51,060 nucleotides of DNA. It comes from a virus. Below the pieces are notes generated by a model. That model worked only from the letters and a program-made list of their open reading frames with translations. It was not told the origin of the DNA and searched no databases. The stretch lies in the UHGV virus genome UHGV-0021437. One strand, written 5' to 3'. Position numbers and translations under genes: made by a program. Positions 26,887 through 37,253 of this stretch are shown piece by piece (the stretch's first letter is position 1; each line of letters starts with the position of its first letter).

Positions 26887-27921
26887 TTACGCTACTACAT
26901 CAAGAATATATACTTGGTCTGCTGTTGGGAAGTCTGGCAAACAAATCATTGTAACTTTTGTTTCGACATTTACTGGGTCTGCCTTTGTCATTGTTGTAAC
27001 TGCAACACCTGTGTCTGTGATAGATACATTTGCAACATTACTTGACATAAGGTCTGATTCTTCTGGTGTTGTACCAAACCATGTATTTCCAAGTTTTCCT
27101 GTTGGGAACATAACAAAAACATCATCTGGAACATATCTCTGAACTGTTCCATCTTCATCTTTATATCGTTTGTCATATATAACAACATCAATTCCGAATT
27201 CATCCTTGATAAGCTGTTTAATTTTTGCGTCTGAAATAAAACCAACACCATCTGTCATAACATAAATGGATTTCTTAATTTCTGTATTTATTCTGAAATA
27301 TCCGAATACCTTAGAAGAACAAATTGCTCTTTCAATCGTTACACCTGTATCATCATTAATCTTTGTGATTCCTGCTCTGATATCATCAAGAATTGTTGCT
27401 GATGGGTCACTCCAACTCTTTGTTACTGTTACTTTGTGCGATTCATCTACACCATAATCATACTCGTAAACCTGTCCATTTCCTTTCATAGAAATTGTTC
27501 CTGTTGTGAGCATCATCATTCTCATACGCTCTCTCTGTGCGGAAGCACCCTCAAGAAGTTCAACCTCGTCTGCAAAGATTCTGTTTACGATTGCATCAAT
27601 GTATGCTTGGTTTCCACTCTCGATGATTTTGTTAAGTTCCTGTCTTAACTCTTCATCAATGTACTTAGATTCTTTGAAGAATGGCATATCTGCACTTAAC
27701 TTCTCAAATCCAATTCTCGGTCTTGGAATAGCCTGTACATCAAACGCTGATGCTTTCAGAACTACTGGAAGTCCATTAGAACCTTTCAGCCATTTCAGTG
27801 TGAGTCCGAGTTTCTTATCATTTGGGAAAAGCTCTTCGCCAAGGTATGGTTCTCTGTCCTGTTGTAGCAGTTCCCAATATGATGTGATTTCTGAACTAAT
27901 AATAAGGTCATAAATTGTCAT
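26887..27921 (-). CDS. major capsid protein (HK97-fold type), 344 aa
   Basis: Size and position after the scaffold gene. Confidence 0.65.
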   Translation of the reverse strand: MTIYDLIISSEITSYWELLQQDREPYLGEELFPNDKKLGLTLKWLKGSNGLPVVLKASAFDVQAIPRPRIGFEKLSADMPFFKESKYIDEELRQELNKIIESGNQAYIDAIVNRIFADEVELLEGASAQRERMRMMMLTTGTISMKGNGQVYEYDYGVDESHKVTVTKSWSDPSATILDDIRAGITKINDDTGVTIERAICSSKVFGYFRINTEIKKSIYVMTDGVGFISDAKIKQLIKDEFGIDVVIYDKRYKDEDGTVQRYVPDDVFVMFPTGKLGNTWFGTTPEESDLMSSNVANVSITDTGVAVTTMTKADPVNVETKVTMICLPDFPTADQVYILDVVA

Positions 27922-27946
27922 GTTTTATTTTCCTCCTATTTCTTAA

Positions 27947-28342
27947 TTAACAAGCAACGAATTTAATCATTGGCATTGCCGCTTTTACTTCGTCTGTAAG
28001 TTTCGCTTTTGTTGTTGCATCTACTCTGTTTGTATTTACAAATCCGAATAAAAGCAATGTTCCATTTGCATCCCCCGTTGTAACATCTACATCATGTAAC
28101 AGAACTCCTACTGCATTGGATGCTTCTGTAGAACTACCAGCTGTTGCCGCTGTGAATGCTGTTGTTCTTGCATCAAGATTTCCTGTAAGTGGTGTTCCCG
28201 CTTTAACAACCTTTTTGTTACCCTCTGCAACTCCAAGTGCCTTGCTTACTACAACACCCATAGAAACTTGATGTTCTACTGCAAAAAGAATTTGATTTGT
28301 ATTACCATATGTTTCTTTTCTAACTCCTGTTTGATTTAACAT
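27947..28342 (-). CDS. hypothetical structural protein (131 aa; possible decoration or Ig-like)
   Basis: Located between the scaffold and capsid genes. Ala/Thr/Gly-rich. Confidence 0.35.
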   Translation of the reverse strand: MLNQTGVRKETYGNTNQILFAVEHQVSMGVVVSKALGVAEGNKKVVKAGTPLTGNLDARTTAFTAATAGSSTEASNAVGVLLHDVDVTTGDANGTLLLFGFVNTNRVDATTKAKLTDEVKAAMPMIKFVAC

Positions 28343-28356
28343 TTGTTTTACCCTCC

Positions 28357-29004
28357 TTATTTAAAATAATGGCTCTTTACTGCTTTTCTTCCAGCAAGTA
28401 ATCTTTCAGCCATTGTTCCTGTATACTTTGAATCACCGTTGTTTTGTTCTCCATTTGTATTCTGATTATTCTGCTCTATTGTTTTCTTAACTCTTGAACG
28501 TGTTACTGTTCCTTTTTTGTTTGTTTCATCTTCCTCGGTTGCAAAATAAATCTTTCCATTTGTGCTATCTTTCATTTCTGCAATTACAGCATTAATGTCT
28601 TTATCTTTTGTTACTTTTGCTTTTGCAACAATAACTAAATCATCCACAAGCTCTGGTTTTGCTCCTAACTGAATGGCTGACAGTTTAGCTTCTGCAATTA
28701 CTCTTGCTTCACGTTCTGTAACAAGTTCTTTCGTTGTTGCTGTTAATGCATCATCTTTTTTCTGTAAATCAGTCTTGTTTGCTTCTTCGTCCTCTTTCGC
28801 TTTTTTAACAATCGCTTGCAATGAATCCGAATTTTCAACTCCTAAAGATTTAAGATATTCAGCAATCGCATCCCCTTTTACTTTTTCAACATCAACATTA
28901 TTGTTCTGCTGTGTACTTGTCTGCTGACTTGTGTTACTGTTCTGCTGTTCATTGTTATTATTCTCATTGTTCTGTGCATCTGTGTTTGTATTTGTTTCTG
29001 ACAT
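28357..29004 (-). CDS. scaffolding protein
   Basis: N/Q-rich N-terminus and coiled-coil content, upstream of the capsid gene. Confidence 0.55.
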   Translation of the reverse strand: MSETNTNTDAQNNENNNNEQQNSNTSQQTSTQQNNNVDVEKVKGDAIAEYLKSLGVENSDSLQAIVKKAKEDEEANKTDLQKKDDALTATTKELVTEREARVIAEAKLSAIQLGAKPELVDDLVIVAKAKVTKDKDINAVIAEMKDSTNGKIYFATEEDETNKKGTVTRSRVKKTIEQNNQNTNGEQNNGDSKYTGTMAERLLAGRKAVKSHYFK

Positions 29005-29009
29005 TTGTT

Positions 29010-29321
29010 CTATTCTCCTTTATTATATAATGTTTGTAAAATTCTCTCTTCTTTTTGTAACTGTCTTTTCTTTTTCTCAATACCTTTTAAAAATCTCGCC
29101 TTTTCTGTTTCATTTGTTTCACTGTTCATGTTTGCTGTTGCTTTTCTTATTTGTTTTTTCAAAATCAATGTTTTTTGATTATCATAATAACAATCATATT
29201 GTTTTCCACAATTCGGACATACTAGAAAAGTCCTTGTTATGTTTTGTTTTCCAACTTGTTTGTTTTCTTCCTTTATCATTGGATAAAAAGATATTTGACA
29301 CTTATCACATGTCACTTTCAA
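29010..29321 (-). CDS. zinc-ribbon protein (103 aa)
   Basis: CDKC ... CPNCG. Confidence 0.35.
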   Translation of the reverse strand: MKVTCDKCQISFYPMIKEENKQVGKQNITRTFLVCPNCGKQYDCYYDNQKTLILKKQIRKATANMNSETNETEKARFLKGIEKKKRQLQKEERILQTLYNKGE

Positions 29322-29718
29322 TTATATCACCACCTGTATACATTGTCAACTCTTTTATGAATATTTTTCCATTTTCATCATAAAAAGTTTTTCCTTTTGA
29401 GACTTCATTAAGTAGCTTTCTTTTTTCGTTAAGTTTCTTTGTAAGTCTGTCCTTTTTCTTTACCTCTCTAGGACTCACAGTTTCGTTTTTAAGACGTTTT
29501 CTCATTGCCTTGATAAATAATGCCTTAATCTCATTAAACGTCTGTATGGACTCATTATCGTCTATCTGAACGACTTCTACTTCTTTACATCTTATGCATT
29601 CAAAATATAAAATAACGTAATGCTTTTTATCTTCGTCATACACATATTTTTTCAGAAGTGACTTTGAATCCAAACTGTTTACTTCTCCGCATTTGTTACA
29701 TACTCTTTTTACTTCCAT
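29305..29718 (-). CDS. zinc-ribbon protein (137 aa)
   Basis: CNKCGEV ... CIRC. Confidence 0.35.
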   Translation of the reverse strand: MEVKRVCNKCGEVNSLDSKSLLKKYVYDEDKKHYVILYFECIRCKEVEVVQIDDNESIQTFNEIKALFIKAMRKRLKNETVSPREVKKKDRLTKKLNEKRKLLNEVSKGKTFYDENGKIFIKELTMYTGGDIIESDM

Positions 29719-29733
29719 GTTCTCTCTCCTGTT

Positions 29734-30735
29734 CTACATAAAATCCAACGCATACTTATCAATCTCTGGAAATGTTCCAACTGGCGAATTATACCACATT
29801 CCAATTTTCTTAGCTATACTTTGCATACTATCTGGAATCACAGCTTCAAAAGTACACATTCCGTTTGGATGGTCTAAAGGTAATGCATCTTTCGGATATA
29901 CTCCTTGTCCTAATCCATATTTATCTTCTTTTGCTCTGTTCTCACATATTCTGCAAACCCTACCATGGAAATTACTTGTAATCCATCTGTAACCGATAAC
30001 AAAAGGGTCATTCTTATTTACTGCTTCAAAACTCTGTTGATATGCATGTGATACTAATGTTCTAGCAAGTCTTTGTGCGTTGTAATCAACATGACCAAAA
30101 CGAAACTTATCATTTATTGTTTCTCCAACAGTATTAGCTCTTCCCGCTTGTACATCTGTTATTCTTGCTTTTCTTGTACTGTAAATAATCTTACTTGCTT
30201 TCCTTGCCTTTGGGTCTACATAGCTTTCAATATCAAGTGCTATTTCATATGCGCTTTTTCCTTGTGCTGTTCCTATTGATATTATTTTGTTTATGCTTTC
30301 CTGTGTTTGTTTGTTGTAACCCCATATTGCTTTACTTAACGTCCAATTATCTTGATATACATTTCCTGTTATTATATTTCTAACAACTTGGTCTGGAACA
30401 AACTTAAATGCTCCATGTATATCTGAATCTTTAAACCCACAATATTTTAAGAATGTTCGTGTATCATATACAACCGCTTCTGATACTGTTGTCATATTTC
30501 TAACAACTCCATTTTTAATGTCTTTGTTTAATTGTTCGATTCTTTTTGTTATGCTTCTCTTTAACAATACAAGGTTTTGTTTTTGCATGCTTCCATTTCC
30601 CATGCTTGCTATTTGTTTTGTAACATCTTGATACAGATGCTCATACATTTGTTTTATGTCTTTTTGCATCTGTATCGTTGTTGTTTGCCTTACTTGTTCA
30701 GCATTTTTCAAACTGAACTTTTGTGCCATCTTCAC
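29734..30735 (-). CDS. head morphogenesis protein (SPP1 gp7 / Mu F-like minor capsid protein)
   Basis: Immediately downstream of the portal gene. Conserved-looking C-terminal region (GYRWITSNFHGRVCRICENRAK). Confidence 0.6.
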   Translation of the reverse strand: MKMAQKFSLKNAEQVRQTTTIQMQKDIKQMYEHLYQDVTKQIASMGNGSMQKQNLVLLKRSITKRIEQLNKDIKNGVVRNMTTVSEAVVYDTRTFLKYCGFKDSDIHGAFKFVPDQVVRNIITGNVYQDNWTLSKAIWGYNKQTQESINKIISIGTAQGKSAYEIALDIESYVDPKARKASKIIYSTRKARITDVQAGRANTVGETINDKFRFGHVDYNAQRLARTLVSHAYQQSFEAVNKNDPFVIGYRWITSNFHGRVCRICENRAKEDKYGLGQGVYPKDALPLDHPNGMCTFEAVIPDSMQSIAKKIGMWYNSPVGTFPEIDKYALDFM

Positions 30736-30997
30736 GCCTCCCTAATCATTACAAATACAAAAACCTGCTTTACATCTTTCCCAGCTATTTGTATCTTCAC
30801 AAATCTGTTTTACAAATGTTGCTGTTGCATCAATTAATGATGTTCCCATAACTGGTTCTGCAAATGTTTTGCCATTCCACATATATTTTACTTTGTATTC
30901 TTTCATTTTTGTTTCCTCCTAATTTGTTTTCTTTGTTCCTTACAAGTATTATAATACACTATAACAATATAAATGTCAACACTTATTTAAAACTTTC

Positions 30998-32563
30998 TTA
31001 TTCTTCTTCGAGTTTTGTTTGTGTTTCAATTTTTTGCACATTCTTTTCTACTTGCTGTTCTGTTCCAAGGTTTTCAAGTTCTCCTTGTACTTGTGCATTC
31101 ATGCTCATACTATCAAACATATTGTTTTCTATTGCAATCTGCATAAGTTCTTCATCAATCTGTGCATCTGTTTTAAACTCATTCTTTCTCCACTTTTTAA
31201 TATAGGACTTTCTACTTCTTGCATTTGCCGCAATCTCTGAAAGGTCAGATGCTTTTTCATCATCTTCGTCTTCCATAAGTGCATAGTGTTCCATTACATC
31301 AATGTTATACTGTATTTCATCTAAGCCTGTTAAAACATACCTTGAAATAACTTCATCTTTGTTCAACATTGCAATGTCTAAAATACATTCAATAATAAAC
31401 TCTAGTGCTGGTCTCCATGCTTTCATCTTTTCATCACATCTTACTTGTAATGGATAATACAATGCTTTTAATGCTTTTCCACTTGTGATTGTTCCGACCA
31501 TTGTTTCCTCTGAAATATTTGGTATATCAAGTTCTCCATACATTGTTGCTTTGATTCTGTCTAATGTTGTTTTAACACTTTCTGTATGGTTCATCTGTGG
31601 TGCTAGTGTTCCGACAGATGGGTGAACTTCATTTTGATTTTGCTCTGAACGTAAATCCCAGTATGCTCCCGCTCCACTACTTAAATTTGCTGTTGTTTCT
31701 GCATTCATATCAACAGTGTATCGAATAGGGTTCATTCCTTTTCTCTCACTGTCTATATCTGCATTTCCAATTCTACTGTAGGACGCTTCATACATTGATA
31801 AATCTTCAATCTCTGATATTCCTAACTTATCAATCAATGTTCCGTCATTCATAATAACAACAGCGGGAATATAATCAAGCTCTATTATTTGTTCTTTTAC
31901 AACTTCCTGTTCTACATTTCCAAGTCCATTGTATAATGTTGAGCTGAAATGTATTTGTCCATCTATTTCTTCGTATCTGTTTACTAAATATTTCTTCTGA
32001 TTTGTTCGCCTTGTTCTGTTTACGCTTTCAAAACTGATAAATTTTGTTAATCTGTCTGAACCATAATCTGTCTCATAATAGAACTGTAAACTGTTATAAA
32101 AATGTGTTTGTATTCCATCTTGTTCTGAAAAATCAACCAAACATGCTACACGCTTTCCAATAAAACAATCTTTTGCACTTTGTAACAATGTTCTTGAAAA
32201 GTTGCTTTTCTTTAAAACTTTATTTACTAATGTTTGGTACTGCTGTATTTGTTCTTCATTTGCTTCATCAACATAATTTTGTTGGATTAAAAAATCCGGT
32301 GTTTGGCTAAACATAAAACGTGCTTCTTTATCGATTAATGTTTTAGCAATTTTAAATCTAACATCTGACGCAACATAATCTCCCGCTGTTCCCTCTGTTA
32401 CAAATTCAGCACCCTTTTTATAATCCATATAGTTTTGTTGTATTTGTAAAAGTTCCTGTGTATATAAATTATATCCCTCTTCTATTTCATTTCTTAAAAC
32501 AAAATAAGGAAAGTTTCTTAATGCTTGTATTACTTCAACACTATGTTGTTTATTACTAGCCAT
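30998..32563 (-). CDS. portal protein (521 aa)
   Basis: Size and position, with a strong promoter and RBS upstream. Confidence 0.75.
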   Translation of the reverse strand: MASNKQHSVEVIQALRNFPYFVLRNEIEEGYNLYTQELLQIQQNYMDYKKGAEFVTEGTAGDYVASDVRFKIAKTLIDKEARFMFSQTPDFLIQQNYVDEANEEQIQQYQTLVNKVLKKSNFSRTLLQSAKDCFIGKRVACLVDFSEQDGIQTHFYNSLQFYYETDYGSDRLTKFISFESVNRTRRTNQKKYLVNRYEEIDGQIHFSSTLYNGLGNVEQEVVKEQIIELDYIPAVVIMNDGTLIDKLGISEIEDLSMYEASYSRIGNADIDSERKGMNPIRYTVDMNAETTANLSSGAGAYWDLRSEQNQNEVHPSVGTLAPQMNHTESVKTTLDRIKATMYGELDIPNISEETMVGTITSGKALKALYYPLQVRCDEKMKAWRPALEFIIECILDIAMLNKDEVISRYVLTGLDEIQYNIDVMEHYALMEDEDDEKASDLSEIAANARSRKSYIKKWRKNEFKTDAQIDEELMQIAIENNMFDSMSMNAQVQGELENLGTEQQVEKNVQKIETQTKLEEE

Positions 32564-32595
32564 TTAATATTATACTCCTTTCTATTATATAATAT

Positions 32596-32624
32596 ATTAT
32601 AATATATAAATATATATATGTCAA
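32596..32624 (-). promoter_or_regulatory. sigma-70-type promoter TTGACA-N17-TATAAT upstream of the portal gene
   Basis: -35 at 32619-32624 and -10 at 32596-32601. RBS AAAGGAG lies downstream. Confidence 0.5.
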
Positions 32625-32658
32625 TAAATATTATTAAATATTTTATGTTTTTAAATAT

Positions 32659-32683
32659 AACAAAAGGGTGGATTTCTCCACCC
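32659..32683 (-). terminator. rho-independent terminator after the endolysin gene
   Basis: GGGTGGAgaaaTCCACCC hairpin followed by a U-tract. Confidence 0.6.
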
Positions 32684-32706
32684 ATAAATGTTTGTTTTGG
32701 TTTGTT

Positions 32707-33621
32707 TTAGAATAACTGGAATCTATCCATTGGAACTCCAAAAGCACCCGCATAACCATCCTGTCCACCTGTTGTTTCGTCATTATACTGCCATGAATAG
32801 TACCCTCGTTTTACTGGTGATATTCTATACTGTGCTTTCTGCCAACTTCCTACTGGTGGATGATAGATAACTTGTACTGCATCTATCACTCTTCCATTAC
32901 CCGCATATCCATTGTTTCCATCACTCCAATTACATCCTGAAACAAAAGGTAACCAACCTCTGCCCAAAACATGGACTCTGTAACTTACTGAACCAACATC
33001 ACACTTAATTGCAATGTCTGTTATCTTTCTACCTTGCACTCCCGCAAAATCTTGTAAGTTTCTAACAAACGGATAAATTGTTCCACCCTCAACTCTTACC
33101 GCATATGTAAAATTAACTGGAACATTGTAATGTCCTCCGCTTGCCTGTGGTTTTTCTGTTACTGGTTGTTTTGTTCCCTCGCCATAATCAATATCACAAA
33201 GCTTTAAAAGGTGTGTGAAATTGTTTTGTGAAAGGTTTGCAATTCTTACTCCATATGCTGAACCATCTGCGGCAATATATTTGTTATCACCTAAATAGAT
33301 TCCAATATGTCCTTTCATCCATACTGCCCAACCAATATGTTTGTTTGTTCTCTGTGAGATTGGAACAACTTCTACTGCTGTATTCTTATACTGTCCACTA
33401 CCTCTTACAATACCAGTATACCAACTTATAAGTCCACTACAATCTACACATACCTTACCCGCCTTGTTATCATCACTGTACCAAACACAGTTAGAACCAT
33501 ATGTTCTTCTTAGTTGTCGTATCTGTTCCAAACTTAGTACAGTTCCTTTTGCCCCATACACATATGCTGTTCCAATTTTACTTTTTGCAAACTCAATTAA
33601 TCCTTGTACTGTTTTACTCAT
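32707..33621 (-). CDS. endolysin: NlpC/P60-family peptidase plus a C-terminal cell-wall-binding region
   Basis: Catalytic Cys in a DCSGLI context and a His in GHIGIY. Placed after the holin. Confidence 0.7.
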   Translation of the reverse strand: MSKTVQGLIEFAKSKIGTAYVYGAKGTVLSLEQIRQLRRTYGSNCVWYSDDNKAGKVCVDCSGLISWYTGIVRGSGQYKNTAVEVVPISQRTNKHIGWAVWMKGHIGIYLGDNKYIAADGSAYGVRIANLSQNNFTHLLKLCDIDYGEGTKQPVTEKPQASGGHYNVPVNFTYAVRVEGGTIYPFVRNLQDFAGVQGRKITDIAIKCDVGSVSYRVHVLGRGWLPFVSGCNWSDGNNGYAGNGRVIDAVQVIYHPPVGSWQKAQYRISPVKRGYYSWQYNDETTGGQDGYAGAFGVPMDRFQLF

Positions 33622-33679
33622 TATATATACCTCTATAACCTCCTAGAATGCCACTAGAATCAATTTTAATATTATGCCC

Positions 33680-33928
33680 TTAGACTTCCTTAGACTCAAC
33701 CTCTGGAAGCCCTGCAACGCTCGTTAAAAGACTAAGGATACCTGTTACAACTGCTGTACTTGCTACAACTTTCCAATCAACTTCTCCGATTGTTGTTGAT
33801 ACACCAATAGCCGCAATAGCCGCCTGTGCCATTGTTTTAATTGCTCTTACACTTGCCGCTTTAATCCATTTCTGTGTACTTACAGAAACTTTAAAAACAC
33901 AATTCTTAAACATGCTTTCTACCTCCAT
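33680..33928 (-). CDS. holin (2 transmembrane segments, 82 aa)
   Basis: Two hydrophobic helices and a charged C-terminus, immediately upstream of the endolysin. Confidence 0.55.
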   Translation of the reverse strand: MEVESMFKNCVFKVSVSTQKWIKAASVRAIKTMAQAAIAAIGVSTTIGEVDWKVVASTAVVTGILSLLTSVAGLPEVESKEV

Positions 33929-34232
33929 TTTCTAATTGACATAACTCTAATGCGTGTTTTGTTTCGCCTATTTCTTTTTCATTCTTTTCTATTGCATCCC
34001 ACTGCTGTTTCTGTCCTTTTCTTACATGTTCTTTGTACTCTTCAATTTCTTTGTTTTGTTTTTCTAGTTTCTCATTTTGTTCTTTTATTTCTTTTGCCAA
34101 CTGTTCAACCCTTAGTGTTAATTCTGTCATTGCTTTTGTGTTTTCACTTAATGGTCTGTATATTGCTGTAAAAATTCCAATTAAAGAACTTAACCCTATA
34201 ACCACTATACCAATCATTTCCGCAGTTGTCAC
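33906..34232 (-). CDS. XhlA-like membrane and coiled-coil lysis accessory protein (108 aa)
   Basis: N-terminal transmembrane segment IGIVVIGLSSLIGIFTAIY followed by a coiled coil. Overlaps the holin start. Confidence 0.4.
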   Translation of the reverse strand: MTTAEMIGIVVIGLSSLIGIFTAIYRPLSENTKAMTELTLRVEQLAKEIKEQNEKLEKQNKEIEEYKEHVRKGQKQQWDAIEKNEKEIGETKHALELCQLENGGRKHV

Positions 34233-34313
34233 ATTATTACACCTCCAATAATTATTTTTATTTTGCTGTTTTCTTTGTTTTGTTCTTAGTTAGCTAAAGC
34301 CACATTTAGTTTA

Positions 34314-36488
34314 TCACATATGACACCATCGTTTTATAAACTCTGCTACCATTGGTGCAAATATTTGTGTTGTATACTTTTGATTAAAGTGAATGCCATC
34401 GGATGTGTAGATATTTTTATTAACACTAGATAAACCACCCATTATACTCATATCAAGTACAGGTACACCATATAGCCTACATTCTTCTATTGTTGCTTGA
34501 ATGTAATCATAAAAAGTGGAATTTTCAGAGTTTTTTACATATAATTTTTCTGTTACTGGCGGAATTATAACAAAAATAAAATATCCATACCCATTAAACC
34601 TTGAATTTAGATTTTCAAATATTCTTTTCCAACCTGCGTGAAAAGTATTACTCATTAACAAATCTGTTACACTACCCAATTTAGTAGATTTTACATAGTC
34701 ATTAGTTCCACCCATAACAGATATAACTCTTGAATATTCATAGCTTGCTAACCTAGAATCACTTGATATAGGGTGATAAGTACCCATTTTTTCTGTGTCG
34801 TTAGCTATAGTTGTTCCTGTTTCGCCCTTATTAATTGCACGTTTAAAGCCAAGTATGTTTTTTACTTCATCGACATAAGGCGTATTAATCCTTATTTGTT
34901 CGCCTGTTTCGCTCCATTTTCCTGTAAAACCATAAGTTAGGGAATCCCCTATTGCCTCATAAGAAGCATCGCAAAATGATTTTAAATTATCTCCCTCTAT
35001 TGTCTTAAATGTTGGAAATTTTGGGAATTCATTTTTAATAAGCATTAATGTAAAAGTATAATTAAAAGTGCCGCTAACATAAAATTCTAGTGTTACTGTT
35101 TCAACTGGTAATTCAAAAGTAGAAGTGTAACTTGCCTGAGGATAAGTTAGAACTATTGTACTGCCATTCATAATATATAATGGCGGTTTTTCATTGGTTA
35201 AACAAGTTAATGAAAATTTATCACCTATATTGCCTTTAATTGTTTGAAGTTTTATTCTCCCTGCTTTAGTACCACTAACCGATAGCACACCATTTTTAAA
35301 ATCATATGTTATACCGTCAATAGTACCTTTTTTATTAATAGGGTCAAATAGATTTTCACTGTAAAAATTAATTATATCTTCCTTTAGTTCACTAACATTA
35401 CTTTGTAGTTGAGTAATATTTTCTTCATTAAATATTTTAATTTTTCCATAAGGGACAAAATATGACACGTCTTTTCCCATAAGTGCATCAATCACCGCTT
35501 CTGTATTTAGAACCACGTGATTAATCTCATGTTTAGAAAATGACAATCGAATGTATTTTGCATTTACATTAGTATAGGATAAGAGACTTTGAGCACTTCC
35601 ACCAGTTAAGTATTTTTTTTCATTGTCATACCAAGCATAGTACACATCACTAGGAAAACTAGAAAATATTCCATAATTATTAAGATAAATACACTTAAAT
35701 ATTTGCGGAGTCATTTCTATATGGTCTGTCGCAACCCAATTTAAGTAATACGTTTCTTCGCCAGTATTACCATTGATATATGCATTCTCAACCCAACTTA
35801 TATTTTCAAAATCTATTAAAGAACTTGCTTGATGGATATTAGTTACATCTTTCCTCATCTCAATAACATCTTTTTGCATCTGTGTATAATCACTTGGTAT
35901 TGTACCTATCACATCTTGCGCTTTCTTTTCAATTTCTGCTTTTTGTTCGCTTGCTACTTTTAACAATTCTGCTTCTAACTGGTTATAATAATCTTTTGCA
36001 ACTTCTTCCTGTTCCTGTGTTCCATTTACTTCCAATCCATCTAATACTTCACCAGTTGCAAGTGTTGTATTCCACTCATTTGTTATTGTTCCATCTGTAT
36101 TTGTTTTAATAGCACATACAATAAAAGAGATTACTCCTTTGTATGCTGTTACTTTTCTACTCAATTCCCAACTGAATGTTATATAATCTTCTCCATCTGT
36201 TGCTAGGTCTGTAACAATATACTTATCTTTTCCTGTGTCCAAACCACTTGCATTCTGGAATATAACTCTTAATGATAACTTACTTAAATCTATTCCATTT
36301 CCAACAAACCTTTTACAGCGGAAATATTTTCTTTCACCTTTTTCATCACTCATAACACCGAATACTTTTTCTGTTTCTGGAATCATCATTGTTCTTGTAT
36401 CTGCATCTATTTCTATCATATCATTTGTTTCTGTTAATGCTGTTGCAACAACTTCTGCCGCATTTAACAATTCATCTACACTAGGCAC
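34314..36488 (-). CDS. fibre-like protein with a C-terminal SGNH/GDSL hydrolase domain (724 aa)
   Basis: GDSL block I AIGDSLTYG, block III GGTNDY and block V DGIHFN in the C-terminal 200 aa. Central coiled coil. Confidence 0.55.
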   Translation of the reverse strand: MPSVDELLNAAEVVATALTETNDMIEIDADTRTMMIPETEKVFGVMSDEKGERKYFRCKRFVGNGIDLSKLSLRVIFQNASGLDTGKDKYIVTDLATDGEDYITFSWELSRKVTAYKGVISFIVCAIKTNTDGTITNEWNTTLATGEVLDGLEVNGTQEQEEVAKDYYNQLEAELLKVASEQKAEIEKKAQDVIGTIPSDYTQMQKDVIEMRKDVTNIHQASSLIDFENISWVENAYINGNTGEETYYLNWVATDHIEMTPQIFKCIYLNNYGIFSSFPSDVYYAWYDNEKKYLTGGSAQSLLSYTNVNAKYIRLSFSKHEINHVVLNTEAVIDALMGKDVSYFVPYGKIKIFNEENITQLQSNVSELKEDIINFYSENLFDPINKKGTIDGITYDFKNGVLSVSGTKAGRIKLQTIKGNIGDKFSLTCLTNEKPPLYIMNGSTIVLTYPQASYTSTFELPVETVTLEFYVSGTFNYTFTLMLIKNEFPKFPTFKTIEGDNLKSFCDASYEAIGDSLTYGFTGKWSETGEQIRINTPYVDEVKNILGFKRAINKGETGTTIANDTEKMGTYHPISSDSRLASYEYSRVISVMGGTNDYVKSTKLGSVTDLLMSNTFHAGWKRIFENLNSRFNGYGYFIFVIIPPVTEKLYVKNSENSTFYDYIQATIEECRLYGVPVLDMSIMGGLSSVNKNIYTSDGIHFNQKYTTQIFAPMVAEFIKRWCHM

Positions 36489-36503
36489 TTCTTACACCTC
36501 CCT

Positions 36504-36812
36504 CTATGTTTGTTCTATATATGCCCTGTTTGTTACTATTCTTGTTTTATTACTCTTTCCTGTTAATTCAAAATAAAACATGCTTCCATGTGTTACATTT
36601 ACTGGAACTGTTACTTTGTTTTGAATTATTTCATTTGTTTGCTTTCCATTTACATCATACATGCTGATAACTCTTTTTGTTCCTTGCCATTCATTGTCAA
36701 AATGAAATACCAAACACAAATAATTATCTGAACCTCTTACAATGTTTTCAAAATCACATTGTTTGTTTCGTCTTAATAATTGTCCAGTAACATCAAAATG
36801 TAATTCTCTCAT
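36504..36812 (-). CDS. hypothetical protein (102 aa)
   Basis: ORF from the track. Confidence 0.35.
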   Translation of the reverse strand: MRELHFDVTGQLLRRNKQCDFENIVRGSDNYLCLVFHFDNEWQGTKRVISMYDVNGKQTNEIIQNKVTVPVNVTHGSMFYFELTGKSNKTRIVTNRAYIEQT

Positions 36813-37069
36813 AAGCCTGTACCTCTTCTAATTATTCCGCTTGCTACTGTTCTTTCTATTGTTTCATCATGTTCTATGTTTATTGGTTCTGAATCATATG
36901 TTGCGAATACTGGCTCTCTTTCTTCAATAATTGCCATACACAGTTCTATTCCATTGTATAATCCACAACTATAATCATCACCAATGTTTTGTGCTTGCAT
37001 ACCTTTTAATTGTTCTATACTGTTCTTAATTGTTTTTAATTTCTTCCAACTTCTCAACATTCTTAACAC
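36809..37069 (-). CDS. hypothetical protein (86 aa; the likely start is the ATG at 37060)
   Basis: Own RBS GGAGGTG 8 nt before the ATG. Confidence 0.35.
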   Translation of the reverse strand: MLRMLRSWKKLKTIKNSIEQLKGMQAQNIGDDYSCGLYNGIELCMAIIEEREPVFATYDSEPINIEHDETIERTVASGIIRRGTGL

Positions 37070-37253
37070 CTCCTGTGAGCTTCTATTTACCGCCTATATA
37101 CTATTTTATTACTTACACTTACAATTCCTAACCTCGCTTGCTATTTGTCTTTATTTGCTTAATATCGGCTACTGTATACTGGTCTAACGCATACCACAAA
37201 GCACTACGTTAATTCGATAGGCTTTTTATCCTACCCTCTTATAGTTTCTATTC

